Of a stretch of 64,000 nt of DNA, positions 50,053-63,641 are shown piece after piece. Source of the stretch: Rhizodiscina lignyota (lineage: Eukaryota). Position numbers and translations under genes: made by a program. The stretch lies in contig ML978123.1 of assembly GCA_010015805.1 (NCBI GenBank), forward strand, positions 2,790,001 through 2,854,000, in the 5' to 3' direction. The notes below the pieces were generated by a model. It did no database searches and was not told where the DNA came from. It worked only from the letters and a program-made list of their open reading frames with translations. Position 1 is the first letter of the stretch. The number at the start of each line of letters is the position of its first letter.

Positions 50053-51746
50053 TCAGTCGCCACCACTGATCTTCATCAACCATGCATTGCGGGACACCGC
50101 ACCTCTAATCCTCTTTCCAAAGACATACATGGGAATCGTAAGCGCTGAAATTGCCAAGTTCAAAATCGCAAGAGTCGTAAAGACTTTGACGGGGCCAGCC
50201 CGTACAAACCACGTCGGGACGAACATCTGACCGAAGAAGTTGAACACAGCCCTGAACAAGCTGGTCGTAACAAACGCCTCAGTCGAGCTCCTCTGCTGCG
50301 TGTCGAAGATGTAGTTGTAGCTAGCAGTAGCGGCAAATGGAGAGCCAGCACTAACTAGCAAGCTAAGCCCAACCAGCTTCACAACAGACGAACCGGCTGC
50401 AAATGCCGGACCGAGCAACCAGAAGCCCACGGTTGAGAGGATGACGGCCGGGATCATGAGCAGCAGACGGAATTCGGGCTCATAGATGCCACCGTTCCTC
50501 CGCGCCATGAACTTGATGAGCCAGTCGCTCAAGAGGCCCGCAACCACGGAGGAAATGAATCCGACACCGCTTCCGGGGAGTGTTATATACGCAAGCTGGT
50601 CCGGAGGGAGGCTGTAAGGCGGATAAGCGAGGACCTCCAGACTGACGGTGCCCAATATCGTGACCCATGTTGAGAAGGCACCGTAAACGATTGTACAAAA
50701 CACGACGGACGGGAACAAGACGAGCGGGAATGGCTGAACGAGTGCCAAGAAGAAGCTTCGGTCCGTCAATCGACCTTGGAAAATTCTAAGTTGCTCCCAT
50801 GTGGTTTTTGAGCGCTCCGTAGGGTGCAGTGGAGTCGTTGATTGTGCCGATTCTGAGTTCGTAGTCGTTGTTTCGACACTTCGTTCCTTTTCAAGATCCG
50901 AGGTCGAACCCGACGATTGCGATTGATTGTCCTTTATGGCCTTAGAAGCAGGTCTAGTGTAAGTCGTCTCGAAGACAAAGAAGTAGATCAGGACCATGAT
51001 CGGGGCCCAAACAGCGAAGCTAATAATGAAGGTGTAATTGACACCCAGGCGACTAATGATGTTTCCAGATATAATATGACTGAGCGGAATTAGTGCCAGA
51101 ACGGCATATACAGAAAGAAGAAGTACCTTGCATCAGTTCCAATCACACCCACCATAGAGGCGAGCGCAAAAAGAGTCCCTCGTTCATGGACAAACGTCAT
51201 GTCTGAGACCACCGGTGCTATGAGAAGCTCGACAGGCGCCGATGCGAAACCACTGAATATCAGCACTACCTGATAGTACGGCAAGCTATTCGCAAAGTAT
51301 CCCGCGAGCATCGTAAAGAAGATGACAATGCTTGCAATCACAAATTGCACTCGCTTGCCCCATACCGCCGCGGTCGCTGAAGCAACGAAGAGCCCGATAA
51401 CCTGCGCGGCGATAGTGGGCGGGCTCAAATCCCTCACAATGGTTGCAAAATCCGTTCCGAACTGGACTGCGAGGATCTGGAGGCCTGTGTTGAGCATTTG
51501 ATTGATGCCCACGATCGCAATGGCGGCCACAAGCATAATCAAGAAGATGGTGCCTTTTCTTGTGTATGACCAGTTCAAGGGATCGTTGATCGAGTCGGAA
51601 GGTTGGGGTTGCAGGATGGTTTGTCCTTTTCGTTTGAGATGTTGAAGTTCTGCAGATTCGACATCCTGCGTCGACTCTTTGGAGCCCAGTGGAACAGTCC
51701 CTGAGGGACGAGGTGTTCGTCTATCCTCCAATATTCCCCAGCCCAT
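50053..51746 (-). CDS. MFS transporter (HOL1-like)
   Basis: LQPQPSDSINDPLNWS, WGKR, DMTFVHERG, FFVFETTY, GGIYEPEFRL, MYVFGKRIR and multiple TM segments. Intron 51126-51080. Confidence 0.9.
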
Positions 51747-53059
51747 GTTGAGGATGCACGATTATTTAGACGATTATTTAGACAATTAAAGATTTTGCGT
51801 TTCTCAGAACCAGCTGGAAGGGAATAAAAATCGTGATAAGGATTCGTTTCTTCGTTAAGGACAGTCGGTCATTCTAGATTTGTAGGGTAAGGTCGACTAG
51901 AAAGCACCTTTTTCGATTGATCGCCATTTGGAGAGGCTCCTTTGAAGCATGAATCTAGAGACTTATAAGGCCAACATTGGAACGGCGTCTCCTAGCCTGA
52001 ATCGTGCGAACCAACTTGGTACCCTGGCTTCCTCCGTTCATTCGAAGTCGGTGTCGTGCAAATCGACACCTAAATGAACATAGGGCCGAGATCTGCACGG
52101 TACACTCAGGGGTTGCGGCTCAGTAATCCCTGGAGACCAGGAGTCATAGCCACAATTGCGAGGAGCTCAGCCGCAGCTGCGAAATCGCTAGCAATGAACT
52201 TTTGCAACATCGAGGCAGACAGGCTGTGCTTATGTATCAATGAGTAGTTGCTCCAGGAGCAGCCCTGGCGGTTGAGTGGTTGGTCCTCGCCCCTTTGCAT
52301 GGACTAAGGGACCCTAAAGATTTCGTAGTTTTCCTACCGCAAGCAATTAGATCCTTCAAGGTGTTGATCCCACGCCAAGCACGGGGATGGGTTGGTCGTG
52401 GGTTGGTGCGCCTGCGTCAATGGCTTGGTCAATGCAAAATGACGTCCGGAAATTGTTGGGTCACAACCTCAGTTCCAAGGTTCACAGTGAACCACCATCC
52501 ATTGCGTAGACTGTAGAAGGGATGAGAGACTGCATATGTGGTAAAGGTACAGGTGTGTCACAGCCATCTATTCTATCGTATGTGATGCGCAAGCTCTCTC
52601 TTCGAGTATCCTACTTGCAAGGGCGGGTCTCTAGTGAGATTCGTTTGGACGGAGAAATTCCGCTCTTACTACTGGTACTGCGTGCCGTCTGTCAAATTCT
52701 CTTCTATATCTCTAGCCATACTCATACTGAAAAGAAGTATTGCAATATAATAATACATATGCTCTCTTTAACTCCTTTAAGCGAACAATGCCTCTGTAGC
52801 AGGCTCCGGAGGGGTGCGCAAATCCTGTCATCCTGAAGGGTACTCCGTATTCAAGTTGCATTTCGAAACTTCACCAACGACCATTACCGATTCAGAGCAA
52901 TCCTTGTTGAGTGGATATAGTCCATAATTTCAAGAATTTCGTCTGTCATATCGGTTAAGTCGTGGCCTAGTTAATGCTCTGCTCCTTGAAGCTGATGAGC
53001 TTACATGGTCTTATCATCTTCCCCATTGTGTTGCCAGGCTTATACACGCAGATGTTCCT

Positions 53060-53900
53060 TTCGATATAGACTTAGTATTTATTCTTGAAGTCACCAGAGA
53101 TGTCGGTGCGGTTAACGATGGTGTACTTGACCTCGACAAGGATCGCTACGGAGGTGGTAGGGGTCGCATTGGTGGGATTGTTCAGATTTGGTTCCTATTT
53201 GAATTCTGAGTGACGGTTGACTAGACCCGTCCCGATGCCAAAACTCTTTGTCTCGGGTGTTAAGAGGACCCGCTGTCCCCACTGCATGTTGTTGTTGCTG
53301 TACATTTTACTCGTATTGATCGTTGCAGAGGCAGGGTCATCTTCACATCCGCTTTCTATTTCATACCATCGTAGTCGTCGGTGTAGCCAACTCGCCCGTA
53401 TCCAGGTCTTGCTATTTCTCTTCGAAATTTCGGTTCATCAAAGATAGATATCGACGTAGCGCATGCAAAGATCTCATTAACGCTAGATCTCTATTCAGCT
53501 GGCCGGGATGATTATATGAAGAGGTCCGATATGAAGCTCTGTAATGTCAGCAGATGGAGCTATTCATTTTTTACCTTTGCTTCTTGCAACAATTCTCGTG
53601 CCACACCTACCGCCTCAGCGATTGCTCAATGGATGATTTGCTGTACACGATGATACGCAGTTTCCTGCTCGTTGAATACATGATCGACTGCCATTCGCTT
53701 TGCCGTATGGGTTGCTTCGTCATTTGCTGTCTCGACAGGTAAGTGGGCTATGGCGTAATGAGTTTCGAGAATGAAATTCTGACCAGTACGTGCCTACAAC
53801 ACAGGACGAACACGATTGAAGAAGGCGGTGCGGCTAACCTTACTTACCTTGGATATAGCGCACGCCTCACGGAAGAGAGCAAAGCACGAAGAAAAAAATT
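53060..53900 (-). pseudogene. Possible decayed multi-exon gene
   Basis: Splice-like sites (AAG/GTAAGT near 53848; TAG acceptor near 53794) and coding-like stretches (ETHYAIAHLPVETANDEA...; NPTNATPTTSVAILVEVKYT) interrupted by stops. No family recognised. Confidence 0.25.
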
Positions 53901-55372
53901 TCGCAAACGGTACAAGGCCTAAAGAAGAAGGTACTGAGACAAAGGTCGAAAACATGCTGATCATGAGTTCGCGCAAAGGGATTGAACGGACTCCACGGGT
54001 AATCCAACGCAACCTACACACTCACACTCTCTGCCATATTCAACGTGCGGACCACAATCTAATCGAACTTGCGCGGATAGGGTGGGCTTCCGCGAAGGTA
54101 CCTTACAGAGACTGCCCTGCGATCTGCACCGGCCTCCACAGTCGCGTTTGCTCGAGACCACTACCGTTTCACCGATATGAACACAACGCTATCGGGACTG
54201 GTTGGCGTACGGAGTACGATAGGCAGACTTCATTAATCTCGGCACTCTTCGCTTTAGTCCTCAAGAATCTCGACTTGGGGACATAGCTACAGTCGAACAA
54301 CATAATGTTGGTGGACCGATCACAAAGACAGACACCCACCTTAGGTTGCACGCATATGCTCACTCGCCATCTCGCAGGTAATGGTACGTTAGGGTGGCAC
54401 CGAAGAACCGAACGCCACGCTCTTTATCCTTCTCTACTTGCGACATCGATCGTAAAGGGAGGTAGAAATGCAGATTGTCCGTTATCATCTGCAGGCTGGC
54501 CTCCACTTTAGGGTTTTATACAAGCAAGCAAGCAAGGACCGAGGATCCGCCCCTGCACGCACGCACCGCCGGCCGCTAACGAAACTGGTTGGCCGTTCGG
54601 TCGCCGCAAAGGCCCCCAAGTTCTGGGTGGACACACCTAAAACCTAGGTGGCGTAGCCTTCGGAGTCGGTTGATCTCCGCCCGCAACAAAACTCCCATCA
54701 CAATTAGCTCCGGAGCACCTTTCTCCAATCGCCAGCGTACCGTTTCCATGCTAACCATTTCCATGCCAAGGTACGGAGAAGCTGACACTGTCGAGCGAGA
54801 GCGTGTTCCGAGCAAACAATGGCTCAATCGTCAATCATTATGCACGCGACACGATCTGCGTTGGGGATCCCGATCATGCGCGCTATCTGGCGCTCCTCTC
54901 GGCAGCACAACCAGGGCTTTTGCAGACGCGAACGCTTTCTGGAAGGCGAATTCACGACGGATTGCACTATCGTACGGTGCTTCCCCACCACTATCTCTTG
55001 CCGACGACACAGAAGGCAGGTACTCTCGCGTTCCTAATTATCCAATTTACTTTGCCATCCAAAGAGGGGTGCAGCTTGCGACCTACTCTTGCGAGCAGGA
55101 TGGCGTCACTTCTTGATACTACTCTTCATGCAACTATGGAGCTTTCATACATACGTCGGCCTCGCCGACCCCCCGGGTGGCCCAAAAGTCCTTCAGATTT
55201 CTAGTTCTCTCGTCACCGCGCTGAAACTTTTCTTCCTCTGTGCTGCCAGCATGAGCTTCTGAACGCCGGAGAAGCTATCAAATAAACATCTTCCGTCAGT
55301 GTCGCGCGAGGGCTTAGTCGAATATTCGAACTAGCCACGACGAGGTGTGCCGTCAGAAGAATACCATCCACC

Positions 55373-57130
55373 ATGAAGGCCACTATTTTCGCGTACCTGG
55401 CTGCTTGGGCGGTTCTAGCGTCTGCTCAACTTGACCGAAACATATGGCAGAGTCCACATCAGCGCGGTTCACACTGGCATGGCATGTGGCATCTTGCCGC
55501 AGACGAGCAGACCGTAACGGGCGTCGGCAATACTACCTTCTTACAGCTTATTGATCATAATAATCCTAGCCTTGGAACTTTTGAGCAATTCTATATGTAC
55601 GATACGACATATTACAAGGGTCCTGGCTCTCCGATAGTTTTGTTCACTCCGGGCGAAGTCAACGCGTCGGCTTACACAACTTACCTCAATACGAATCGCA
55701 CTACTGGTGTTGTGGCAAAGGAGATCGGAGCCGCTACAATCGTACTCGAACATCGCTATTGGGGCACGTCTACGCCATATACCGAGTTTACGACTGAGAA
55801 TTTGAAGTACTTGACGCTAGATAATGCTATTCACGATCTCACATACTTCGCCAAGAATGCGAAGCTGCCTTTCGATCACCGCAGCGCCAGCAATGCTCAG
55901 AACACTCCATGGGTCTTGATAGGAGGTTCTTACTCCGGGGCTCTCTCTGCTTGGGTTGAAAGTGTTGATCCTGGCACATTTTGGGCGTACCATGCTTCCA
56001 GCGCGCCGACAGAGGCGGTCTCTGATTACTGGGGTTACTTCCTACCAGTGCAAGAAGGCATGCCTAAGAATTGCAGCAAGGATGTCAATCTTGTGATAGA
56101 GCATATGGACAATGTTCTCAAGACAGGCACGGTTAGTAGCCCGTAATGCAACGAAAAATCGAACCCTTACTGACGCGGTCATGAATAGGCAGAAGAGATT
56201 CATAACCTAAAAGCAATGTTCGGCTTGGAATCGGTTGAGCACAATGATGACTTCATGGCCGCTTTGGAATGGGCGCCATGGCTCTGGCAGGACAATCAGT
56301 TCTACACTACGGCCGGCTTCTACATCTGGTGCGACTACATCGAGAATTCTGTCAATCAGACTGATCCTTCCAAGCTTCCCGGAGAGGAAGGTGTCGGGTT
56401 GGAAAAAGCACTGGAAGGATATGCCAAATGGGGCAAAGATTTTTATTTCCCTGATTTCTGTCAGGAGACATACGGCTATTTTGGAGGTGGGCTGAACACT
56501 GAGTGCTTCAACACGTACAACAAGAGCAACCCCATCTTTACGGACATTACGCCTAGCAACACGGCCGACAGACAATGGGTGTGGATGACTTGCAATGAGC
56601 CCTTTGGTTACTGGCAAGATGGAGCACCGGAAGGCCGTTCGACGCTCGTTTCGAGACTGGTTAACGCAGAATACTGGATCCGCCAATGCGATCTATACTT
56701 CCCTCCTGGTCCAGACGGTAAGTTTCGTCTAGTGCGGATCAGATTTCAAGTTGAGCTAATCAGTTACTCTACGTACACAGGAGAAACATTCGGTATTAAT
56801 AAAGGCAAGACTGAAGCGGATGTCAACAAGTACACTGGCGGATGGGACATCACAAAATCAACCCGCCTCCAGTACACGAACGGAGGCTTCGACCCATGGC
56901 GAGAGGCAACTGTAAGCTCAGAATTGAGGCCGGGCGGCCCGTTACAGAGTACCGAGCAGGTACCAGTGCATTGGGTTCCGGGTGGATTCCACACAAGCGA
57001 CCTGGTTACAATGAATGGAGTTGTGAACGCTAGTTGCAAGGCGGTAATTGATGCGGAAGTTGCGCAGCTTGTCAAGTGGGTGAACGAGTGGCCAAAGAAA
57101 TATCGTGGAAGACGAGCACGTAGGAATTGA
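55373..57130 (+). CDS. Secreted serine peptidase, family S28
   Basis: Signal peptide; FLQLIDHNNPSLGTF, LEHRYWG, nucleophile GGSYSGAL, ASSAP, WMTCNE, DPW, GGFHTSDL. Introns 56132-56188 and 56718-56780. Confidence 0.93.
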
Positions 57131-57915
57131 TTCGATGTTCGCGTATCAGCGGTAGAGTCGTGGAGATAGAGCCTTTGTATGTAGAATTGATTCTCAAACA
57201 TCGGTTCGCACCTCTTGGCAGACAATTTCCGCACACTGAAATTGATGATCTCAAATTATCCGCGGTCTCCCGGAAGAGCCAAATCGACAAGTTCAATCCA
57301 TGTTCGCACATCGGTGTACTCCCCGTCGATTTCCTTGTTTGCATCATAGGGCAAGGGTACCACGTGGCACCTCCACCAAAACTTTTCCGCACCTCAAACC
57401 CAAATTTCAACAATCTCCAACTGAAACCATCCGGAGCCCCGTGGCGCATCTCTACCCCTCTGACAAGCTCCCGCGCGTCCCTTGGCTGGCTGCACCGTAT
57501 ATCCCCGCACTTTATGCTAAAAGCTTGATTTGAAATTCCGAGCAAATGAGCAAGCCTACTCCGTACTCCGTGTACACAACGTCACCCTCCAGTTAGAAAA
57601 ATGTATGTTGATGGAAGGAGTAGTATTCCAAAGGAATGGTAACCGTACGCTCATCCTAACCTCTTCATCTGCTTCAATGTCTTTCATTTGAACTTCTGTT
57701 CCTCCTGATTTGGAGCGCTATTGTTTAAACTTCCTTTGAAGCTCTCTATCGTGATCTGATCAGCTTTGTAAACAATTGCCCTTGCGGGGTACGGCATCTT
57801 TATCCTTTTAATTTCCCCTCACGCCCAGTCTTTTATATAAGTCTTCTAGTCATGGCGCTTCTCAAGGCAAGGGTCCCCGTTGAGCGTCCTTATTCTGAGA
57901 CAGCTCACCGTCGCC

Positions 57916-59848
57916 ATGCTGCTCTCCTTCCGGCTTCTCGCTGCCTGCTTCCTTTCTAGGACACTTGCCAGTCCAATTGCTCCATATGGTGAAAATCTGG
58001 TTGTGGATTTAGGTTATGGCCGCTTTCAAGGAGTGAAGAACGAGACCGCCGGGTACCAACCCTCTCGACATTCGTTTCTGTTGTTGCTAACTTTCTCTAA
58101 GTGTAACCACGTGGTTCGGGATTCGATATGCAGCACCTCCGACTGGCTCGAAACGATGGCAACCTCCGCAAGATATCGAGTCGACTCACTATTATACTCC
58201 CGGAAAGGTTGTCGATGCGACCCACCAAGGCCCAATTTGCGTTCAAGGAACTCCAGCTTGGCAACTTAATAATACCAGTAACGTGACGACACCAGTTGGA
58301 GCCGAGGACTGCCTCCTGTTAGATGTTCTTGTACCGGCGAACCCAACTTCCCCAAAGTTGGCGGTTATTGCGCAAATACACGGTGGAGGCTACACCGAAG
58401 GAAACTCGGAAACCTACCCCGGCTATGCTCTTGTGAACGCTTCACGTGGCAACGTCATATATGCTACGCTTCAATACCGCCTTGGTGCTTACGGCTTTCT
58501 CTCTTCTGACGAGATAAAGCAGAATGGAGCACCTAATGCGGGACTGCTCGATCAGAGAGCGGCATTGTACTGGATCCAGCGCCATATCGGATCATTCGGA
58601 GGGGACCCTGAGAAAGTCACTATTTATGGTGGCTCAGCTGGAGGAGGCTCCGTTATGGACCAGATGATCCTGTATGGGGGCGCGGCAGACCCTCCGTTCC
58701 GTGCAGCGATAGCAGGTTTGGCGTTTGATTTCTGAAGCGGCAAATAACTTCGCTTATCCATCTTTAGAACGCCCATGGTGGCAACCATATCACGACGACG
58801 CCGCCCTCGAGAGACAATATGACGAACTTTTACAGGCTTCAGACTGTCATGATCTGCAATGCCTACGCTCGTTGCCTGCGGATGAGTTAGCGCTTGCAAC
58901 TCAGACTTCATACATTCTGGGTTACACGGCGAAGAATTACGGCTACGGAGATTTCTATTACGGGCCAACTGTAGATGGGACAGTCGTCCGCGATTTGCCT
59001 TCGAATGAGTATAAGCAAGGCCATTTTACCAAGGTATGAGAATGACTGGCAAGCGCGGCTTCGTGCAGTCACTCGCTTAAGTCTCGGTCGGGTCGCTAAA
59101 GTTTCACTGCAGGTCCCTTTGATAACTGATCGTGAAGGTTTTGAAGGTATTCCCCACATCTTAATTTGTTTCTGAAACAAGAATATATTTATTGGAATAT
59201 TGACTGTCTGCAGGATATACTTTCAGCAATCTGTCAGAGAGCACCGCAGCGGAAGAGACGGCCGATCTCGAATCGCTGTTCCCAGGTTGGACCCCATCAT
59301 TCCTGAAGCGCCTCTATTCGCTCTATCCGCGGTCCGACTTCAATTCAACCTTCTTCCAGCGTCAGACAATCTTTGGCGATTTTATCATCTCTTGCCCGAC
59401 GTATTATATGGCAACTGCGGTATCCGATTACAAGCCAACTTACAAGATGATATTCGACGCCGGAACGGAGATGCACGGCGCGACACAACCATACCTTCTT
59501 GCATTTGGATACGGCAGTATGTGCTCCAAATGATCCTCACGCCTTTTGGTCTTCCCTTGATGTTTCGAGAATACACGCGCTAACTTATGACCAGACGTCA
59601 CTGGCCAAAATGGGACCCTTGCTCATATCATGAAAGACTACTATGTTTCGTTTGTCACCCACCTCGATCCAAATGTCGTCTCGTACTCCGGAACGCCAAA
59701 ACCGGCTTGGCCGAGTTATCAATCTGGTAATGGAGAATCGTTCGAGGTCATGTTTGTGAATTACACAATGATGGGGGCGACAGAAGACTTTGATGAGGGT
59801 CCGCGATGCGACTTCTGGCATAGTGAGAGTTACATTACGAGGAACTGA
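57916..59848 (+). CDS. Secreted type-B carboxylesterase/lipase (alpha/beta hydrolase)
   Basis: Signal peptide; VVDLGYG, FGIRYAAPP, EDCLLLDV, IHGGGY, QYRLGAYGFL, NAGLLDQ, FGGDPEKVTIYGGSAGG. Several short introns; ends ESYITRN*. Confidence 0.92.
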
Positions 59849-60236
59849 TATGTCGTAGTCAAATAAGCATTACTAAAATCATCTCGCGCATTTGCTGTAT
59901 TTGGTGCTTGGTGTTTCGATTTGGATTCTTCACATTCGACATGATTTGGAATCTCGTTTCACCGAACACAAGGTTTTTTGATGTCTTCATCTTTATAATG
60001 TGTCGATGCCATTTTTTCAGATTGACTCATACAGCTTTTGATTTTACATGAAAAGCTAGCTGCTATTCATTACGGCCCTTGTCATTTGTTACAGCAAACC
60101 CCGTTTCGAATCCAATTGTGTTTGGATCAAGGGATATCTGAATTGATTGAACAGACAGCGATTTGCAAACTTCAAACATATTTCTGGAAAGCCTTGTCTA
60201 TTTCACAAAAAGTCGATATTAAAGCGTTACCAGAAG

Positions 60237-61910
60237 ATGCCGGATCTATCGTTTACCGGCCCAGGCGAAGTTCACGCCCCATATTTAGACGTCGATCAAA
60301 TCGAGAAAGCGTTGAAAGAGCATGGGTCCTGTGTAAGCAGCATACAGCTCGCATCTGTTCACGTATATTCGCCACTAATGTAAAGTAGATTGACACACTC
60401 TCACATTTCCTTCCCGGAAAGGTCTTCACGAAGAATAAGCCGAGCTACAATGAGTACCTTGACACATTCTGGTTGGGACCTGCAAGGGAGATCTTTCCGC
60501 GATGCGTCGTCATTCCATCAAATACATCAGACGTGTCCAAGGCCATATCGGTTCTCAGCTCAGCATTAAAGTTAGGTATTGATTGCAAATTCGCAATCAG
60601 ATCTGGCAATGCTGCCGCTTTTGCGAACCTTTCGAATATCGATGACGGCATTGTCATCTGGCTCAAAGATCTTAAAGAGCTTGATCTGGCGGAAGACCGA
60701 TCAGTCATCCGCGTTGGTCCGGGCAATAGCGCTGGAGATGTGTACGGGAAGCTTGACCCAATGGATTTGACAGCAGTGCTGGGTCTCCACTCAATGTTGG
60801 GAGTTTCTGGCCTCGTGCTTGGAGGTCCGTCCTGTAAACTTTCCTGAAATAACTCTTGGAGATGCTAAATATCGGCAACAGGCGGATGGTCGTCCATCCT
60901 GAGTCCTCAATATGGGTTAGCATGTGACAATGTTTTGAATTTCGAGGTATTTCCAACACCGCAACATCGTTTGTCCCGCTAAATTAGCCCAGGTCGTCCT
61001 CTCATCCGGAGCAGTGGTTAACGTAAACGCAACTTCGAATCCAGATCTCTTCCGAGCTCTCAAAGGCGGAGCGAGCAATTTCGGTATTGTGACGCGCTTC
61101 GATCTGGCAGTGATCAAGTTGGGGTCATTCTCAGGAGGGCAGATCTTCGCAGATCTCTCGAAACGCCAGGAGATTTTCAGGTTTGCCGAAAATTACATGA
61201 AGGCCGATGACTATACTCCTCAAGCGTCGATGATTATGAATCTCGGATACATGGCGGGAATGGGATGGGGCATGTTCTACTTCCCGACATATATTGGACC
61301 TGAAGAGAACCCCTCCATCCTCGCTCCAGTACTCAAGATGAACGACGTGAAGAGCACATTTCGAGTCTCCCATACACGAGAATTTACCGACCAGCTAGAT
61401 CAGATGATACCTCCTGGCCTCCGTTCCACGGTCAGTACATTCACTTTCAGCCTTAACGCAGAGTTCATGGAAGTTTACTTCCAAATGGCCAAGGAGATGG
61501 TGGATGAACTCAAGGATATTTTCCCCGGATTTGCTGCGGCCGTCGCGTTCCATCCATTTCCAAAACAAGCGTTCAGTCAGAGCAAAAAGTCGGGCGGAAA
61601 TTCGCTCGGCCTCTCCGAAGAAGACGGCGATATTTGCAAAACGTTCGCATATATGATGTGGGACAGCGCCAAGGACGATGAAAAGGTCAAGGCCGCCATG
61701 AAGGACTTGATTGAACGCGGAAAGACAGAGGCGGTGAGGAGGGGCCTCCTCAAAGACTATGTGCCAATTAGCTACGCGGCTCCATGGCAAGATGTTTTTG
61801 GAGGCTACGGCAAAGAGAATCTGGAAGCGATGAGACAGGCCAGCAAAAAGTATGATCCATTACAGCTCTTCCAGTTAGCTGTTCCAGGAGGTTGGAAGCT
61901 CTCGAAGTAG
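60237..61910 (+). CDS. FAD-binding PCMH-type (VAO/BBE-like) oxidoreductase
   Basis: PRCVVIP, FAIRSG, GVSGLVLGG, YGLACDNV, NPDLFRALKGGASNFGIVTRFD, KYDPLQLFQLAVPGG. Three short introns, the first at 60333-60388. Confidence 0.88.
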
Positions 61911-62630
61911 ATGGTCACAACGCGGGGAGACAAGAGATAATCTCCTACATTACACAATGTCATCATTGAACAGCACAAGGCATGCTTTCTTGACAAAGAC
62001 AGTTTCACTACTCTATCAATCGGAAGGATCTTGAGCTGAGGCGTGCTCCGTACAAGGTTTCGGGTGCCAAGAAATGAATCATACTGGCTCATCGCCGAAC
62101 TCATGAAGCTCATTGGGCGACAAAAGGGCAGTTGCAGAAACTCGAAAGAATTGGGGTACACCAAATGCGGGGCTTTCGAATACAGCCATAGTGATTCATT
62201 TCGTGTCATCCTGAATAAAACCATAATAGTGCAGTGCGTGTAGATGAAGATAAGAAGTAGCCGTATACAATGAAGACCGAGAAATAACAATGAAAATTAC
62301 CCTTCATGCCGAACATGAATCCATCTATGCATGACTTCCGAAGACTTTCACAATATGCAGAAGCTCCTGGTTGATGGAAACTGTGGCCGGTACGTCGCAC
62401 TGTTCGTCGAGGATACACTCAGACGGGACGAGAACTATTTTGCCGAGATGAGGCAGACCATGCTGAACAATCATGTCTGCCACTGAACTACCATTGTCGA
62501 CATCGCCTGAAATGTCTCTTGAACAAGCCTGCTTTTGGCGCAGTAAAAGGGAATTCGATCAGAAGCTAACTTGTAATATATCAAAGCGGCATGGCCGATC
62601 AAACCGAAGCAGACATAAAACAAAGCAATG

Positions 62631-63451
62631 TCACCGATCCTCCCCATTCTTTCGCTCCAACATTTTCCTCAACATCTCCACCTCGGCCTCCCTCTTCGCA
62701 AGCTCGAGCCTTAACTGATCCTTCTCTTTTGTTACGCTTCGCACCTCTTCTTCGAGTTCTTCGATACGATCGATGCGTTTCTGGCGGTACTTCTTGGCTG
62801 CGATATTGTTTCGATGACGCTTCAGAGTCAAAGCATCTGATGGCTTGGAATGCTGCATAGAAGATGAACCAGTCGTACTTTGAGGGCTTGCGGGACTGGG
62901 TCGCGACATAAGACCTTGTGGTGAGGCGTTTTCAAAAGAGAGTGGCTCTGGCAGGAGTGTCCCTTCTCCTTCGAAAGAGAAGGCGCCCTGAGCTACTCCA
63001 CTAGGAGTCGTAGACACATAGACGGAGTTGTCGGTATTATAGAGTTGGTTTATATCTTTAAGCTGTCAGTGCGGTGAAGTCTGGGGTGTAATTGGGTTGA
63101 AATACCATATGGCGAATCTAAGTCGAATGAAATAGGATCTCCCAGAGCGGTTTCGTACGCCCCAGACGTAGTATCGACATGAGTAAAGTCGGAGAAAGAA
63201 GTAAAGTTTAAGATGTTGCTGGAGGGTAAAGTGCAGTCCCCAAATGAAAGAGCCGAATTTTGATTCTGAATGACTGGATTGAAGCTAGACAGCTCCGCCG
63301 GTGCGAAGAAAGACAGATGAGAAGTTGTAGACGGGTAGAGACAGGTACTGCCACTACCATGCTGAAGCGCATTGGTGTGGGCAGAAGTAGGCGACAGAGG
63401 CCTGTCGGACGGTGCATCCTGCTGATGATCCTGCGGCTCCCATGTTTGCAG
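62631..63451 (-). CDS. jlbA: bZIP transcription factor, JlbA/IDI-4-like, with predicted CUG start (~256 aa)
   Basis: Basic region KRHRNNIAAKKYRQKRIDRIEELE plus zipper. Intron 63105-63056 (GTATTT...CTGAC...AAG) joins a 115-codon ATG-free upstream frame beginning caaacaCTG. The bZIP call is firm; the start and orthology are inferred. Confidence 0.75.
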
Positions 63452-63634
63452 TGTTTGGGCGCCTCGAGTTCACGCCCGAGGCCGGACGACAAATATCAAG
63501 ATTTAGGAAGAAGTCAAACCTGTCAAGTTGGCTGAGGTTGATACCTGAGGTTTCTACGAGAGACGAATGTACCCTTTTATGGTGGACGTCTGGGGCTGTG
63601 GCTTCTCGTTGCGGTATCTTCATGCGGCTTGCGG

Positions 63635-63641
63635 TGACTCA
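63635..63641. promoter_or_regulatory. Perfect TGACTCA (Gcn4/CpcA/AP-1-type) site upstream of the bZIP gene
   Basis: gTGACTCAt at 63634-63642, about 185 nt upstream of the predicted CUG start. Confidence 0.5.

Noticed and set aside
54589..55204. Overlapping ORFs upstream of the S28 peptidase
   Set aside because: No motifs or clear start context; probably promoter region.
50053..63451. MFS + peptidase + esterase + FAD enzyme + bZIP as a secondary-metabolite cluster
   Set aside because: No PKS, NRPS, terpene synthase or other backbone enzyme in the window; these are common unrelated families.
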